Assembly: GCA_045602325.1 (NCBI GenBank)
Contig: JAZSBH010000132.1
Span: forward strand, 20,909 to 84,908
Length of the DNA stretch: 64,000 nucleotides
From: Eubacteriales bacterium
Lineage (GTDB): Bacteria; Bacillota; Clostridia; Oscillospirales; CAG-272
Direction of reading: 5' to 3'
Shown: piece by piece, positions 62,938 to 64,000 of the stretch
Layout of the letters: the number at the start of each line of letters is the position of its first letter
Position numbering within the stretch: position 1 is the first letter of the stretch
Translations under genes and position numbers: made by a program
Notes under the pieces: model-generated
What the model was told of the DNA's origin: nothing
Seen by the model: only the letters and a program-made list of their open reading frames with translations
Databases searched by the model: none

Positions 62938-63543
62938 ATGCGGGTCGGCATTTACGGCGGGACCTTTTCCCCCGTCCACAACGGCCACGTAGCCGCCGCC
63001 AAGGCTTTCATGGAGCAGATGTGGCTGGATATTCTCTACGTCATTCCAACGGGAGTCACGCCCCACAAAACCATGAAGGGAGATGCCACCGCCAAGGATC
63101 GCCTGGAGATGTGTCGTCTGGCCTTCTCGAACATGGACGGCGTCATCGTCAGCGACCTGGAAATGAGACGGGAAGGGAAGAGCTACACCGTGGATACCCT
63201 CCGCGAGCTTTACGACCCGGCGGGCCGCCTGTTCTTCCTCATGGGGACGGATATGCTCCTGACTCTGGATACCTGGCGGGAGCCCGAGGAGATCTTCAAG
63301 CTCTGCTATCCCGTCTATATCCGCCGCGAGACAGATGCCGCGCTGGACGGTCGTATCGTAGAAAAGATCACGTCCTACCACCGTCGGTTTGGTAAAATGG
63401 TGCCGCGTATTGTTGCCCCGGCCATTGAACTATCCTCCAGTGACGTGCGGAAAGCCGTGTCGGACGGAACCCCTATTGACGGCCTGGTTCCCCCTGATGT
63501 CGCACGGTATATTCAAGAAAATAAGCTCTATCGCAACACCTGA
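62938..63543 (+). CDS. nadD: nicotinate-nucleotide adenylyltransferase
   Basis: MRVGIYGGTFSPVHNGH and ISSSDVR. ATG 62938 matches the homolog N-terminus. Confidence 0.93.
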   Translation: MRVGIYGGTFSPVHNGHVAAAKAFMEQMWLDILYVIPTGVTPHKTMKGDATAKDRLEMCRLAFSNMDGVIVSDLEMRREGKSYTVDTLRELYDPAGRLFFLMGTDMLLTLDTWREPEEIFKLCYPVYIRRETDAALDGRIVEKITSYHRRFGKMVPRIVAPAIELSSSDVRKAVSDGTPIDGLVPPDVARYIQENKLYRNT

Positions 63544-63577
63544 TACGGGGATACGCTCCGTACGGAAAGGACACACT

Positions 63578-64000
63578 ATGTACCAGGATCAACCCTTTGG
63601 AGAGCAGGAACTGACCGCCCTGCGCGAGACTGTGATCGGTCAAATATCGTCCAAGAGATACACCCATACCGCCGCCGTAGAGGATATGGTAGCCCGTCTT
63701 GCCGCGCTGTACTGTCCCGATGAGACCTCCGCACTTCGCGCCGCCGCTCTGCTGCACGACGTCACCAAGGAATACGATATTCCCACCCACGTGAGTATTC
63801 TCCGGGAAGCCGGTGAAACGGTCAAGGCAGGGGATGAGCTTTCCCATAAGACCTTCCACGCCCGTACTGCCGCCATCATTATTCCACGGAAATACGCTGA
63901 GTTTGCCACCGAGACTGTGGTTTCCGCCGTCCGCTGGCACACTACGGGACGGGAGGGAATGACACTTACTGAAAAACTGCTCTACTTGGCGGATTACATC
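63578..64000 (+). CDS. yqeK: HD-domain protein YqeK (bis(5'-nucleosyl)-tetraphosphatase type), 3'-truncated by the window edge
   Basis: Not in the ORF track because no stop is reached. RYTHTAAVEDMV...LLHDVTKE...WHTTGR...LYLADYI is the YqeK HD pattern. Conserved position after nadD. Confidence 0.85.
   Translation, partial: MYQDQPFGEQELTALRETVIGQISSKRYTHTAAVEDMVARLAALYCPDETSALRAAALLHDVTKEYDIPTHVSILREAGETVKAGDELSHKTFHARTAAIIIPRKYAEFATETVVSAVRWHTTGREGMTLTEKLLYLADYI

Noticed and set aside
1-64000. CRISPR arrays, rRNA genes, canonical IS elements with terminal inverted repeats, prophage structural genes
   Set aside because: I saw no regularly spaced direct repeats, rRNA-like sequence, transposase motifs or phage structural proteins on either strand.

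Overview
This looks like a chromosomal segment of a moderately GC-rich Firmicute, probably a Clostridia/Oscillospiraceae-type anaerobe. That is inferred only from GGAGG ribosome-binding sites, strong plus-strand gene bias and the conserved run infC-rpmI-rplT ... dprA-topA-trmFO-plsX-rnc-smc-ftsY-rdgB-yhbY-nadD-yqeK. The window has three zones. Zone 1 (1-18.0 kb) holds a G1P-dehydrogenase-like gene and a YgjV-like membrane protein. These are followed by a tightly coupled operon of an amino-acid permease, three paralogous B12-binding radical SAM enzymes and a two-domain GNAT protein. I cannot name a pathway for this operon, and it is my best candidate for something undescribed. A glycan-degradation cluster comes next: two GH43 enzymes bracketed by two ~1000-aa secreted paralogs. 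Zone 2 (~18.06-44.89 kb) is a visibly AT-richer, mosaic genomic island abutting tRNA-Glu(CUC). It contains four parts: (a) an array of GyrI-like ligand-binding proteins interleaved with an unknown Cys-cluster protein family, GNATs, an AraC-GNAT fusion and an APH-type kinase, with several recombination scars; (b) a glycyl-radical enzyme plus activase cassette; (c) an XRE-TPR regulator with a two-gene ABC exporter sharing a duplicated promoter/operator; (d) a terminal integrative module with a sigma-like protein, two XRE regulators, an HUH rolling-circle Rep-like protein and a large serine recombinase. These cassettes are separated by three direct copies of a junction repeat. Zone 3 (44.9-64 kb) is core housekeeping genes. 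I saw no rRNA, CRISPR array or canonical IS element. Many long antisense ORFs in the GC-rich parts are shadow ORFs. All family assignments come from motif recognition by eye, not from searches.
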